A stretch of 64,000 nucleotides of DNA, taken from Eubacteriales bacterium (GTDB lineage Bacteria > Bacillota > Clostridia > Oscillospirales > UBA644). The stretch is taken from the NCBI GenBank assembly GCA_045637625.1, contig JAZTZU010000040.1, positions 38,474 to 102,473 on the forward strand, written 5' to 3'. Under the pieces are notes generated by a model that saw only the letters and a list, made by a program, of their open reading frames with translations, ran no database searches and was not told where the DNA came from. A program made the position numbers and the translations under genes. Positions 45,700-54,996 of the stretch are shown here, piece after piece (positions within the stretch are counted from its first letter, which is position 1; every line of letters starts with the position of its first letter).

Positions 45700-47195
45700 T
45701 AACTAAAAAGAAAATTATACTTATCCTCGTATCGCTGCTCCTCCTTGGAGCTGCGATTGCGGGAGTAATGTGGATATCAACATTCGAGGTCATTCCGGAA
45801 GAACAAACTCCGGACTCTCAGCTGACTATCGAATATCAGAGAAAAACCTTGCAGATATACACCTGCAGCCTTGAAAACGTCAACTATATCAGCGTTTCCA
45901 ACCAAACGGGTGAATATAAAGTCAGCAGAAACGAAGAAGGAACCGTATATTTCCACGGTCATGCAGAAGTTCCCCTGCTGCCATATTCATCAGCAGGTCT
46001 GTTTGAAAGTGTTGCAAATATCAGATGCGAAGCCCTTATTGAAACAGATTGCGCAGAACTTTACAAATACGGTCTGGAAGAGCCCTCAGTTGTCATTACA
46101 GTAAAAATGAAAGACGGTAGGGAAAACATCTTCCACCTTGGTGACGCAGCCCCCCAGGGAGGCGGTTACTACTTCAGAGACACAACCAACAATGACGTTT
46201 ATCTTTCAGATACGTACTTCTCTGAACGTTTTGTAAAAAACCATACTCAATACTATCAGACATCCATCTCAAAGGAATTTGAATACACAGGGTTCCAGTC
46301 ATTGAGTATCAAACCTCATGAAAGCGAAAATATTTTTGTCAGAACCACAACTGAAGAAGAAGCGAAAGACATCCGTTTCATGGGCGGAACTATTGTTGAA
46401 GAACCCTTCTTTTCCGCAGGCGATTCAACACCGATCCAAAGTATGATTGAAATAATCGCAGCTCTTAAGGCTGAATACGTCGCAACAGACGTTCTCAGCG
46501 CTGAAAACCTGACAAAATACGGTTTTGATACCCCCACAGAACTCATCATAACAGCTCTGGTTGACACTTCATCAATATTGAGCAATGTTACGGGACTTGA
46601 AAACCCATACTACGATCCCAAGGGCAACGGAGAACCGAAGCTTATAACAATAAAATATGTTCTCGGCGCAACCGTTGACAACATAACATACGTTATGTTC
46701 GACGATCAGTCGGTAATTTACGCTGTAAACAAAAACGATCTCGCATGGGTAGCGGAAAACACCGTTGATGTTTACTGCCAGAGAATGATCTATCTCAAAT
46801 ACCTCAAAGAACTCGCAAAGGTTGTTGTTGAGGTTGACGGAGAAAGACATCACTTCGATATTACAGACCCCGAAGGCGGCGAAAATATGGAAGTAATGTA
46901 TAACACATATACAAAAGTGGATCAGGCGCAGTTCAGAAACTTCTACACATCAATAATCGGTGTTACACATGACGGTCTCGCTTATGAACCTGAGGAAGGC
47001 TCCGAACCTTACCTCAAAATAACATATATTCCAATCGAGGGTGAAAATATTATTCTTGAGTTCTATCAGATAGAACCGAGAAAATATGTCCTCAAAGTTG
47101 ACGGTGAAGGAAGATTCTTCGCGTACTCAACAAAAATAGATAAAATCGTAAAAGACATGCACAAGCTTATTAACGGCGAAGAGATCATGAACTGA
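45696..47195 (+). CDS. DUF4340-like membrane-anchored protein
   Basis: ATGA overlap with the GldG-like gene, with an N-terminal TM anchor. The four-gene arrangement GldA/F/G plus DUF4340 is recurrent. The domain call rests on context and memory. Confidence 0.5.
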   Translation: MITKKKIILILVSLLLLGAAIAGVMWISTFEVIPEEQTPDSQLTIEYQRKTLQIYTCSLENVNYISVSNQTGEYKVSRNEEGTVYFHGHAEVPLLPYSSAGLFESVANIRCEALIETDCAELYKYGLEEPSVVITVKMKDGRENIFHLGDAAPQGGGYYFRDTTNNDVYLSDTYFSERFVKNHTQYYQTSISKEFEYTGFQSLSIKPHESENIFVRTTTEEEAKDIRFMGGTIVEEPFFSAGDSTPIQSMIEIIAALKAEYVATDVLSAENLTKYGFDTPTELIITALVDTSSILSNVTGLENPYYDPKGNGEPKLITIKYVLGATVDNITYVMFDDQSVIYAVNKNDLAWVAENTVDVYCQRMIYLKYLKELAKVVVEVDGERHHFDITDPEGGENMEVMYNTYTKVDQAQFRNFYTSIIGVTHDGLAYEPEEGSEPYLKITYIPIEGENIILEFYQIEPRKYVLKVDGEGRFFAYSTKIDKIVKDMHKLINGEEIMN

Positions 47196-47236
47196 TCTCC
47201 ACCTCAGAATACAAAAAGAAAGGCAATGAAAAGAAT

Positions 47237-48994
47237 ATGGTAATTGAAAATCTTGAAGAAATGAAAGTGTTCTGGCACTCTACTTCTCACGTACTCGCAC
47301 AGGCAGTAAAAAGACTCTACCCTCAGGTAAAACTTACAATCGGTCCCGCTATTGATAACGGATTCTATTATGACTTCGACAGTGATGTTGCTTTCACTCC
47401 CGAAATTCTCGCACAGATCGAAGCTGAAATGAAAAAGATCACAAAAGAAAACCTTAAGATCGAAAGATTCGTTCTTCCCAAAGCAGAAGCGCTTGAACTC
47501 ATGAAAGACGAACCCTACAAAGTTGAGCTCATCAACGATCTTCCTGAAGGCGAAGAAATCAGCTTCTACAAGCAGGGCGAATTCGTTGACCTCTGCGCAG
47601 GTCCTCATCTCAACTATGTTTCCAAGATCAAAGCATTCAAGCTCACACAGTGTACAGGTGCATATTGGAGAGGCGATGCTTCAAAGAAAATGCTCCAGAG
47701 AATTTATGGTATTTCTTTCCCCAAGGCTGCAGACCTTGAAACTTATCTTGCAGATGTAGAAGAAGCAAGAAAACGCGACCACAACAAGCTGGGCAGAGAA
47801 CTTGAACTCTTCACAACTTCCGATCTTATCGGTCAGGGTCTCCCCATTCTTCTTCCCAAGGGTGCAAGAATCATCCAGACTCTCCAGAGATTCGTTGAAG
47901 ATACAGAGCAGAAGAACGGCTGGCTCCTCACAAAAACTCCCTACATGGCAAAGAGCGACCTTTACAAGGTTTCCGGTCACTGGGATCACTACCGCGACGG
48001 TATGTTCGTTCTCGGAGACGAAGAAAAGGACGACGAAGTTTTTGCACTCCGTCCCATGACATGCCCCTTCCAGTATCAGGCATACCTGAACAGAGCAAGA
48101 TCCTACAGAGATCTTCCCCTCAGATACAACGAAACTTCCACACTTTTCAGAAATGAAGCTTCCGGTGAAATGCACGGTCTTATCAGAGTACGTCAGTTCA
48201 CTATTTCAGAAGGTCACCTTATGTGTACTCCCGATCAGCTTGAACAGGAATTCAAAGGCTGCCTTGAAATGGCTATTTACATGCTGAAAACTCTCGGTCT
48301 TTACGAAGATGTAAGCTACAGATTCTCCCAGTGGGATCCTGCTGACAAAGCTAAATACATCGGCACAGAAGAACAGTGGAACGAAGCTCAGGGAATCATG
48401 GAAAAGATCCTTAACCACCTTGAGATCCCCTACAAAGTAGGCGTTGGCGAAGCTGCATTCTACGGACCCAAGCTTGACATTCAGATCAGAAACGTATTCG
48501 GCAAAGAAGATACACTTATCACTATCCAGATCGACCAGCTCCTCGCTGAAAAATTCGGCATGGAATACGTTGATAAAGACGGCACAAAGAAGAACCCCTA
48601 TATCATCCACAGAACATCCATCGGATGCTACGAAAGAACCCTCGCACTTCTTATTGAAAAATACGCAGGCGCATTCCCCACATGGCTTGCACCTGTTCAG
48701 GTAAAACTCCTTCCTATCGCAGACAGACATCACGAATATGCTGAAGAGCTTTGCAAAAAACTTACAGCTCTCGGTATCCGTGTCGAAAACGATACAAGAA
48801 GCGAAAAAACAGGTTACAAGATTCGTGAAGCACAGCTTGAAAAGATTCCGTTTATGCTCGTAATGGGTGACAAAGAAATTGAAAACGGCGAAGTTGCAGT
48901 AAGAAGCCGTAAAGACGGCGACATCGGAACAATGTCCGTAAACGATTTCATCACAATGATTCAGGGCAGAATCGAATCCAGAATCATCGACTGA
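47237..48994 (+). CDS. thrS: threonine--tRNA ligase (short form lacking the N-terminal TGS domain)
   Basis: Starts within the editing domain (FWHSTSHVLAQAVKRLYP...IGPAIDNGFYYDFD). Class II core FRNEASGEMHGLIRVRQFT. 585 aa against about 640 for full-length forms. Confidence 0.9.
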   Translation: MVIENLEEMKVFWHSTSHVLAQAVKRLYPQVKLTIGPAIDNGFYYDFDSDVAFTPEILAQIEAEMKKITKENLKIERFVLPKAEALELMKDEPYKVELINDLPEGEEISFYKQGEFVDLCAGPHLNYVSKIKAFKLTQCTGAYWRGDASKKMLQRIYGISFPKAADLETYLADVEEARKRDHNKLGRELELFTTSDLIGQGLPILLPKGARIIQTLQRFVEDTEQKNGWLLTKTPYMAKSDLYKVSGHWDHYRDGMFVLGDEEKDDEVFALRPMTCPFQYQAYLNRARSYRDLPLRYNETSTLFRNEASGEMHGLIRVRQFTISEGHLMCTPDQLEQEFKGCLEMAIYMLKTLGLYEDVSYRFSQWDPADKAKYIGTEEQWNEAQGIMEKILNHLEIPYKVGVGEAAFYGPKLDIQIRNVFGKEDTLITIQIDQLLAEKFGMEYVDKDGTKKNPYIIHRTSIGCYERTLALLIEKYAGAFPTWLAPVQVKLLPIADRHHEYAEELCKKLTALGIRVENDTRSEKTGYKIREAQLEKIPFMLVMGDKEIENGEVAVRSRKDGDIGTMSVNDFITMIQGRIESRIID

Positions 48995-48998
48995 GATT

Positions 48999-49553
48999 AT
49001 GATAAAAGAACCTAAGACTTTAGAAACAGAGAGACTCGTCATAAGACGAGTCTACTCTACTGATATTACACTTTTCAGCGCAACTTCAGACCCTGAAGTT
49101 ACAAAATACGAACCTTGGCAGCCCCACGAAGATGTAACCCAACTGATGGAATACATCAATCAGGTTTTTGACCGCTACGAAGAAGGAAATATTACTGAAT
49201 GGACCATTGAGATAGAGGAAACGGGAGAACCTATCGGAATGATAAACATTCATAACATAAACAAAACACATAAACACGGTGAATTGGGTTTTTGGCTCGC
49301 AAAGGAGTTCTGGAACAAGGGCTACGCAACAGAAGCCTGCAAAGCGGTAATTTTATATGCGTTTACAGAACTTGACTTCCGCAGGATCCACAGCATTACA
49401 GCCTCCGGAAATGAGGCGTGCAAAAGAGTTCTCGGAAAAATAGGGATGTCTTACGAAGGAACTTTCAGAAATTATATGTATCTGAATTCCACAGGACGAA
49501 AGGAACTTTCCGATGTGGAAATGTATTCTGTACTTAAAAATGAAATTAACTAA
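48999..49553 (+). CDS. GNAT family N-acetyltransferase (RimJ/RimL-like)
   Basis: LETERLVIRR...ELGFWLAKEFWNKGYATEA... Confidence 0.75.
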   Translation: MIKEPKTLETERLVIRRVYSTDITLFSATSDPEVTKYEPWQPHEDVTQLMEYINQVFDRYEEGNITEWTIEIEETGEPIGMINIHNINKTHKHGELGFWLAKEFWNKGYATEACKAVILYAFTELDFRRIHSITASGNEACKRVLGKIGMSYEGTFRNYMYLNSTGRKELSDVEMYSVLKNEIN

Positions 49554-49646
49554 TTTCTGACACATCTATGTTAAGACACTCACGAAAATTTAGTATATAA
49601 TAGACCTATAGAAACAAATCACTTACCCACAGAAAGGAAATTCAAT

Positions 49647-50867
49647 ATGGACAACGAAAACAACGTAACCCCTGAAACTTCCGCAGATCAGTCTGTAAAC
49701 ACTGAGTATGAAGTAGTTCAGCCAAACAGAGCTGCAACTCAGGGAATTTATGACAACATCACAAATGACCCGTTTGAAACATCAAATGTCCACGTTGAGA
49801 CAGTGAAAACAAAAAAGAGATCGGGAAAAGGCTTCTGGGTAGCGGCAACCGCGGTTTTGCTTGCACTTTGTATATTTACATCCTCTGCAGCAATTCTCGC
49901 AATAAGAGACAATGGCGGACAGTTCAAACTGCCCAAACCCCAAACTCCTGAATACGCACCTCTTACAGCATACACAACAGAAGACAGACTCTCCGTATCT
50001 CAGGTATACGCAAAAGTAGAAGCAAGTATCGTTGATATTATGATAAAAACAGCCACAGGCGGAGGCTTTGCAACAGGAATAATCTACACAACCGACGGTT
50101 ATATCGTAACCAATGCTCATGTTGTAGATTCCGCGACCTCAGTTATGGTAAGACTTGTTGACGGTTCTGAATACAATGCGGAGATCATCGGATACGATTC
50201 ATACACAGAAGTTGCAGTTATAAAGATAGACGCTGAAAACCTTGTACCGGCAGAATTCGGTGAATCCTCAAAGCTTGTTGTAGGTGAACAGATCGTTGCT
50301 ATCGGTACTCCTTACGACCCCTCCTTGACACACACAACATCTGACGGCATTGTTTCCGCAATCAGAAACGACTTCACATTTGCAGACCTTGGTCTGACTT
50401 TGAATCTGATCCAGCATACAGCTTCAATCAACCCCGGAAACTCAGGTGGTCCTCTGCTTAACCTGTACGGACAGGTAATCGGAATCAATACGATAAAAAT
50501 CGCAAACGATTTTGAAAATATCGGTTTCGCTCTTCAGATAGAATCAGTACTGCCAATTGTGGAACAGCTCATGAACCACGGCAAAGTTGACAGACCTCAG
50601 ATAGGTATTTCCGGTTATACGGATACAACGGTCGGAGGCGTTGTGGTTGCAGAGATAACACCGGACGGAGCTGCTTCAAAAACAGATCTCAAAGTCGGTG
50701 ATATCATCACAAAGATCGACGGCGTAAGAGTAAAAACTATCGAAGAACTTATCACACGTCTTGGCGGTTACAGCGCAGGTGATACGGTAGAACTCTCCAT
50801 TCTCAGAGATGTTGATGTTCTCACTATATCACTCACTCTTCAAAAAGCCGCTGAAACAAACGAATAA
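49647..50867 (+). CDS. HtrA/DegP-family serine protease with PDZ domain
   Basis: N-terminal TM anchor. VTNAHVV (His), TEVAVIKID (Asp), GNSGGPLLN (Ser). C-terminal PDZ (GDIITKIDG). Confidence 0.85.
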   Translation: MDNENNVTPETSADQSVNTEYEVVQPNRAATQGIYDNITNDPFETSNVHVETVKTKKRSGKGFWVAATAVLLALCIFTSSAAILAIRDNGGQFKLPKPQTPEYAPLTAYTTEDRLSVSQVYAKVEASIVDIMIKTATGGGFATGIIYTTDGYIVTNAHVVDSATSVMVRLVDGSEYNAEIIGYDSYTEVAVIKIDAENLVPAEFGESSKLVVGEQIVAIGTPYDPSLTHTTSDGIVSAIRNDFTFADLGLTLNLIQHTASINPGNSGGPLLNLYGQVIGINTIKIANDFENIGFALQIESVLPIVEQLMNHGKVDRPQIGISGYTDTTVGGVVVAEITPDGAASKTDLKVGDIITKIDGVRVKTIEELITRLGGYSAGDTVELSILRDVDVLTISLTLQKAAETNE

Positions 50868-50907
50868 CGCTTATTCCTCAAAATTCTTTTCATAAAATTC
50901 TCCCCTC

Positions 50908-50945
50908 GATGCCCCACATGAGTTTCGACACTTGTGTGGGGCATC
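50908..50945 (+). terminator. stable hairpin after htrA (possible terminator)
   Basis: GATGCCCCACA (50908-50918) / TGTGGGGCATC (50935-50945), a perfect 11-bp stem. No U-tract. Confidence 0.4.
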
Positions 50946-51011
50946 AACCTGTTCAAAAGTAATTATTTTCGTCAGAAAGTCATATCATTTAAATAAAATA
51001 AAAAGAACGGA

Positions 51012-52592
51012 TTGACTGTTTTGAAGAAAAATAAATTTATTTCAGATTTGATAATAACCACAGCGGTGTCAATACTTTTGACAGTTATCGGTATGGGATT
51101 CAGAGTTTACGTTTCAAATGAAGCGGGTGCTGAATGTATGGGGCTGTATCAGATAGTATATACACTCTATATTCCGGCCTGCACAGTAGCCGCTTCAGGA
51201 ATAAATCTTGCCGCAGTAAGGCTTATCTCAGCAAACGAAGCTAAAGGCTCATACCGTAGTGAAAATATAATGCGATGCTGTTTCGGATATTCTCTGTTTT
51301 TCGGAACAGCCGCGTTTTTACTGCTGTTTTTTCTTTCTGAACCTGCGGCAAAACACCTTATAAAAAATGACAATGCTGCTTTATGCCTGAAAACACTTTC
51401 ATTCGGTCTCCCGTTTTTGTCTGCAGCAAGTGCTGTAAACGGATATTTTACAGCCCAACGGAAAACGGTCAAGACCCTGTTGATTCAGATCACAGAAGAT
51501 TTAGCCAAAATTTCAGTTACGGTTACCGTGCTGATGATCTTCAAAGGAAGTGACTCCGAAAAACTTTGCGAAATACTTGTTTTCGGTTCAGCTTTTGGTG
51601 AAATATTTTCATGCTTCATAGCGATTTTATTCTATTTTTTTGAGAAAAAAACCGGCGGAAAAGCCAATAAAAAAATACACGGCCCGTCTATGAAAGAATT
51701 GATTTCAATTGCCTTGCCGACAGCTGTAAGCTCCTATATCCGTTCAGGGCTTTCCGCGTTGGAGAATATGCTGGTACCTTTCGGCTACAGAAAATACGGT
51801 TACAGCGAATCTGAAGCCCTCTCACATATCGGAATATTCCGTGGAATGGTGATACCGCTTATGATGTTCCCCTCAACCCTACTCGGTGCGGCGGCAAAGC
51901 TTCTCGTTCCGGAAATATCCTTTGCATATGAACAAAAAGACATGAAAAAAATCGAATCTATCGCCGTAAAAGCGATCTATTCGACCTTGTTGTTTTCGTT
52001 TTTCGTTTTCGGTGTTTTCCTGTTTTTTGCAGACGAACTTTGCGACATGCTTTATAAAAACGAGGAGGCAGGGATCTTACTGATGCTTCTGTCCGCGCTT
52101 GTTCCCATAATGTACCTTGACGGAATAGTAGACTCAATACTGAAAGGTGTCAACCAACAGCTCGCAACGATGCGTTACAGTATCATAGATTCAGCGCTGA
52201 GCGTAGGGCTTATAATTCTCCTGCTACCGCGTTTCGGAGTTTGCGGATACATCATAGTCACATATCTCAGCAGCGCTGTAAACGCATTTCTGGGCATCTC
52301 GCGCTTTCTGAAAGTAACAGATATAAAATTCTCCGTATACAACTGTATAGCTGTACCTTTTTTCTCCGCTGCCGCTGCACTTTTACCTGTTTTTGTTTTC
52401 GGCAAAGTAACCGAGATCTCAACTCCACCCGCAGCTGATATACTCATTTCTGCGATTCTGTACGTTGTTTTTCTGCTCCTTACAAAAAGCGGAAAATGGG
52501 ATATTTCAAATTTTTGCAAGCATTTCCGTGGTCATACGGAGACATTCTCCCCTTTTAAGGTTTGGATCAAGGGTGAGTCCACCGATAGATAG
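51012..52592 (+). CDS. SpoVB/MurJ-like MOP-superfamily flippase
   Basis: About 14 TM segments. The N-terminal pattern GMGFRVYVSNEAGAECMGLYQIVYTLY resembles SpoVB. TTG start. The 3' end overlaps the convergent rsuA by 87 nt. Confidence 0.7.
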   Translation: MTVLKKNKFISDLIITTAVSILLTVIGMGFRVYVSNEAGAECMGLYQIVYTLYIPACTVAASGINLAAVRLISANEAKGSYRSENIMRCCFGYSLFFGTAAFLLLFFLSEPAAKHLIKNDNAALCLKTLSFGLPFLSAASAVNGYFTAQRKTVKTLLIQITEDLAKISVTVTVLMIFKGSDSEKLCEILVFGSAFGEIFSCFIAILFYFFEKKTGGKANKKIHGPSMKELISIALPTAVSSYIRSGLSALENMLVPFGYRKYGYSESEALSHIGIFRGMVIPLMMFPSTLLGAAAKLLVPEISFAYEQKDMKKIESIAVKAIYSTLLFSFFVFGVFLFFADELCDMLYKNEEAGILLMLLSALVPIMYLDGIVDSILKGVNQQLATMRYSIIDSALSVGLIILLLPRFGVCGYIIVTYLSSAVNAFLGISRFLKVTDIKFSVYNCIAVPFFSAAAALLPVFVFGKVTEISTPPAADILISAILYVVFLLLTKSGKWDISNFCKHFRGHTETFSPFKVWIKGESTDR

Positions 52593-53192
52593 ACGTTCCA
52601 GATAAGTAACTTTGTTTTCAGTTGCGGCAAACATCAGCTTGACCTGGTGATATTTCCCCTCGGATATCTCAACAAGCGCAGCTTTTTCGCCATCAGGACG
52701 AAGTTTCGCAGGCTTGAATTCTGTTCCGTCACGTAAGGTTATACCTTTGGAAAAAAGCTCTATATCAGAATCGGTTACAGATCTCTCAAGCTCAGCCCTG
52801 TAGGTTTTAACAACATTTTTATTCGGAGACATCAGCTCATGGGAAAAATCTCCGTCATTGGTAATGAGAAGGAGCCCTTCCGTATCTTTATCAAGCCTTC
52901 CCACGGGAAACAGTCCTTTTCTGAACATTTCGGGCGGAACAAGTTCGATAACGTTCTTTTCACCTTCGGTGGCACTGATGTACCCCGCAGGCTTATTCAA
53001 CATGATATAAACAAACTTTTCCGTATCGAGAGGCTTTCCGTCAACGGAAATGACGTCTGATTCTGAAACTTTAAGAGAATAATCTTTGACCGTCTGTCCA
53101 TTCACGGACACACGGCCTTTTTTTACCATAATTTTAATTTCGGAGCGACTGTATGCTCCCGAACCGGAAATAAGAGCGTCAAGTCTTGTCAT
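52506..53192 (-). CDS. rsuA: pseudouridine synthase, RsuA/RluB family with S4 domain
   Basis: MTRLDALIS...GRVSVNGQ (S4 domain) and VGRLDKDTEGLLLITNDG catalytic motif. ATG 53192 lies 1 nt after the hslO stop. Confidence 0.8.
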   Translation of the reverse strand: MTRLDALISGSGAYSRSEIKIMVKKGRVSVNGQTVKDYSLKVSESDVISVDGKPLDTEKFVYIMLNKPAGYISATEGEKNVIELVPPEMFRKGLFPVGRLDKDTEGLLLITNDGDFSHELMSPNKNVVKTYRAELERSVTDSDIELFSKGITLRDGTEFKPAKLRPDGEKAALVEISEGKYHQVKLMFAATENKVTYLERLSIGGLTLDPNLKRGECLRMTTEMLAKI

Positions 53193-53193
53193 T

Positions 53194-53928
53194 TTACAAT
53201 TCACTTTTTTCGATATGATATTTTTTTCCGCAAAGCTTACAGCTGACCTCTATCACATCTTCCATATTTGAAGTATCTTCACCTGAAAGTGCTGCAACGA
53301 GAGCCTTTTTTACGCTTCGTTTGGTACATGTACAGCCGTATTGCAACTCGGACTCCTCAACAAATCTGAATCCGTTCTCTTCTGTAAGAGCTTCGGGAGT
53401 GCTGTTTGTTTCAAGAACTCTGAGAGCTTCGGCACCTTTTTCGATTATACTTGTAAAAGGTAATTCCTCAGCAAGAACCGCGCAGTTTCCGTACACTTTC
53501 AGAAGAGCTTTTCGCTGCATACTTCCTGTGATGTATTCTTCTATAACGCTGTCAACTGTCGGACCGCAGACAACACTGCTGTAATCTCTGCCGATACCTG
53601 AACGGCGAACCATTTCAAGTATAAAACCGTCCTTAAGCACGCCCTTTGTGTAACCTCCGACAGCACCGCAAACTCTGCCGTCCTGCTGTGCAGTAACGCT
53701 GTAAGAAACGCATTTTTCAACATTTCTGAGCATAACCGTAACAGAAGAATTAGCCTCTTTCAGATCGGAAGCAAGAACAGCCGCAATGGATGCGGCAACA
53801 ACAGCTTCAGCTCTGTTCTCAGGAGAATCAAATTCTTCCGGGAAGTATATTTTTTCGGGAATATCATTCATGACCGCCATATGAATACGGAGGTCATCAC
53901 AATAAATTATCTTATAAAGTTTATCCAT
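53194..53928 (-). CDS. hslO: Hsp33-family redox-regulated chaperone (short)
   Basis: C-terminal zinc centre CTCTKRS...EVSCKLCGKKYHI (CxC...CxxC). TAATG overlap with the upstream methyltransferase gene. Confidence 0.65.
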   Translation of the reverse strand: MDKLYKIIYCDDLRIHMAVMNDIPEKIYFPEEFDSPENRAEAVVAASIAAVLASDLKEANSSVTVMLRNVEKCVSYSVTAQQDGRVCGAVGGYTKGVLKDGFILEMVRRSGIGRDYSSVVCGPTVDSVIEEYITGSMQRKALLKVYGNCAVLAEELPFTSIIEKGAEALRVLETNSTPEALTEENGFRFVEESELQYGCTCTKRSVKKALVAALSGEDTSNMEDVIEVSCKLCGKKYHIEKSEL

Positions 53929-54653
53929 TATTTTTTCTTTCCTGTTTTTTCGCGCCGTGCAGTGATCCATACCTGTCTGCTGCCGATATTGAACCTCTTG
54001 ACCGTATCGAATCCCGCTTCGTTAAGCATAGTTTTCAACACATCAACGCTGTAATAACGTTCCTCGATCTCACTCTCGTATTTTTCAAAAAGACCGTCAT
54101 CTCTTGCCTCAAAAACAGAAATAGCATAATATGCAATATCTGAGGAAAATGTACCTTCAATCAAGGCAACAGAACCGTCTTCATGTTCAAAAGTCTGCAT
54201 TCCTACGGTCTTTTTAAAAAAAGCATTTGTTTTTACATCAAAGACAAAGAAACCGTCAGGTTCAATAAAATTATAAAGCTTTTTAAAAAATGATTTCAGA
54301 TCACGCTTATATAGAATATGATTCACCGTATCAAGTGAACAAAATGCAATATGATACGCCCCGTAAAGATCCAGATCCTGAAGTTCCTGACATACAAGAT
54401 GAGGCTCAAAACCTGCGTTTTCGATCTTCTCGCGGGCGATATTCAGCATTTCGGGGGACATATCCACACCTGTGCAGTTAAATCCGCGCTCACTCAATTC
54501 GCAAATAAGCGTACCCGTTCCGCTTCCGCAATCGAGAGCGAGCCCGCTTAGGGGAAGAGCTTCACAATTTGCGAAAACGGAATCGAGATATTTTTTGTAA
54601 TCAAAACCGTCTGTAAAGCCGTCGTAAATGGCGGCAAGACTGTCATATTTCAT
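53928..54653 (-). CDS. class I SAM-dependent methyltransferase
   Basis: ALDCGSGTGTL motif I and VDMSPEML. Confidence 0.8.
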   Translation of the reverse strand: MKYDSLAAIYDGFTDGFDYKKYLDSVFANCEALPLSGLALDCGSGTGTLICELSERGFNCTGVDMSPEMLNIAREKIENAGFEPHLVCQELQDLDLYGAYHIAFCSLDTVNHILYKRDLKSFFKKLYNFIEPDGFFVFDVKTNAFFKKTVGMQTFEHEDGSVALIEGTFSSDIAYYAISVFEARDDGLFEKYESEIEERYYSVDVLKTMLNEAGFDTVKRFNIGSRQVWITARREKTGKKK

Positions 54654-54661
54654 AGAGATAC

Positions 54662-54952
54662 TTATTTTTTGCTGAGCTTTTCGATAGCTTTCTTGTATCC
54701 GTCAGCACCGTAGAGAAGAGCACGGTTTACTCTGGAGATAGTAGCGGAGGAAGCACCTGTTTTAGCAACGATTTCTGCATACTGACAGCCGTCCTTGAGC
54801 ATACGGGCAACTTCAAAACGCTGCTCCAAGCTCTTCAATTCGGAAACAGTACAAAGGTCATCAAAAAACGCATAGCATTCTTCTTCTGTTTCAATGTTGA
54901 GGATAGCCTGCATAAGGATCTGCATCTGTTCATTCTTCAATTTTTCGTTCAT
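54662..54952 (-). CDS. YerC/YecD (TrpR-like) family protein
   Basis: FFDDLCTVSELKSLEQRFEVARML...TGASSATISRVNRALLYGADGY. Confidence 0.8.
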   Translation of the reverse strand: MNEKLKNEQMQILMQAILNIETEEECYAFFDDLCTVSELKSLEQRFEVARMLKDGCQYAEIVAKTGASSATISRVNRALLYGADGYKKAIEKLSKK

Positions 54953-54996
54953 GGTAGCATTCGCCTTTCTAAATATACAATTATTTTTTTATATAA

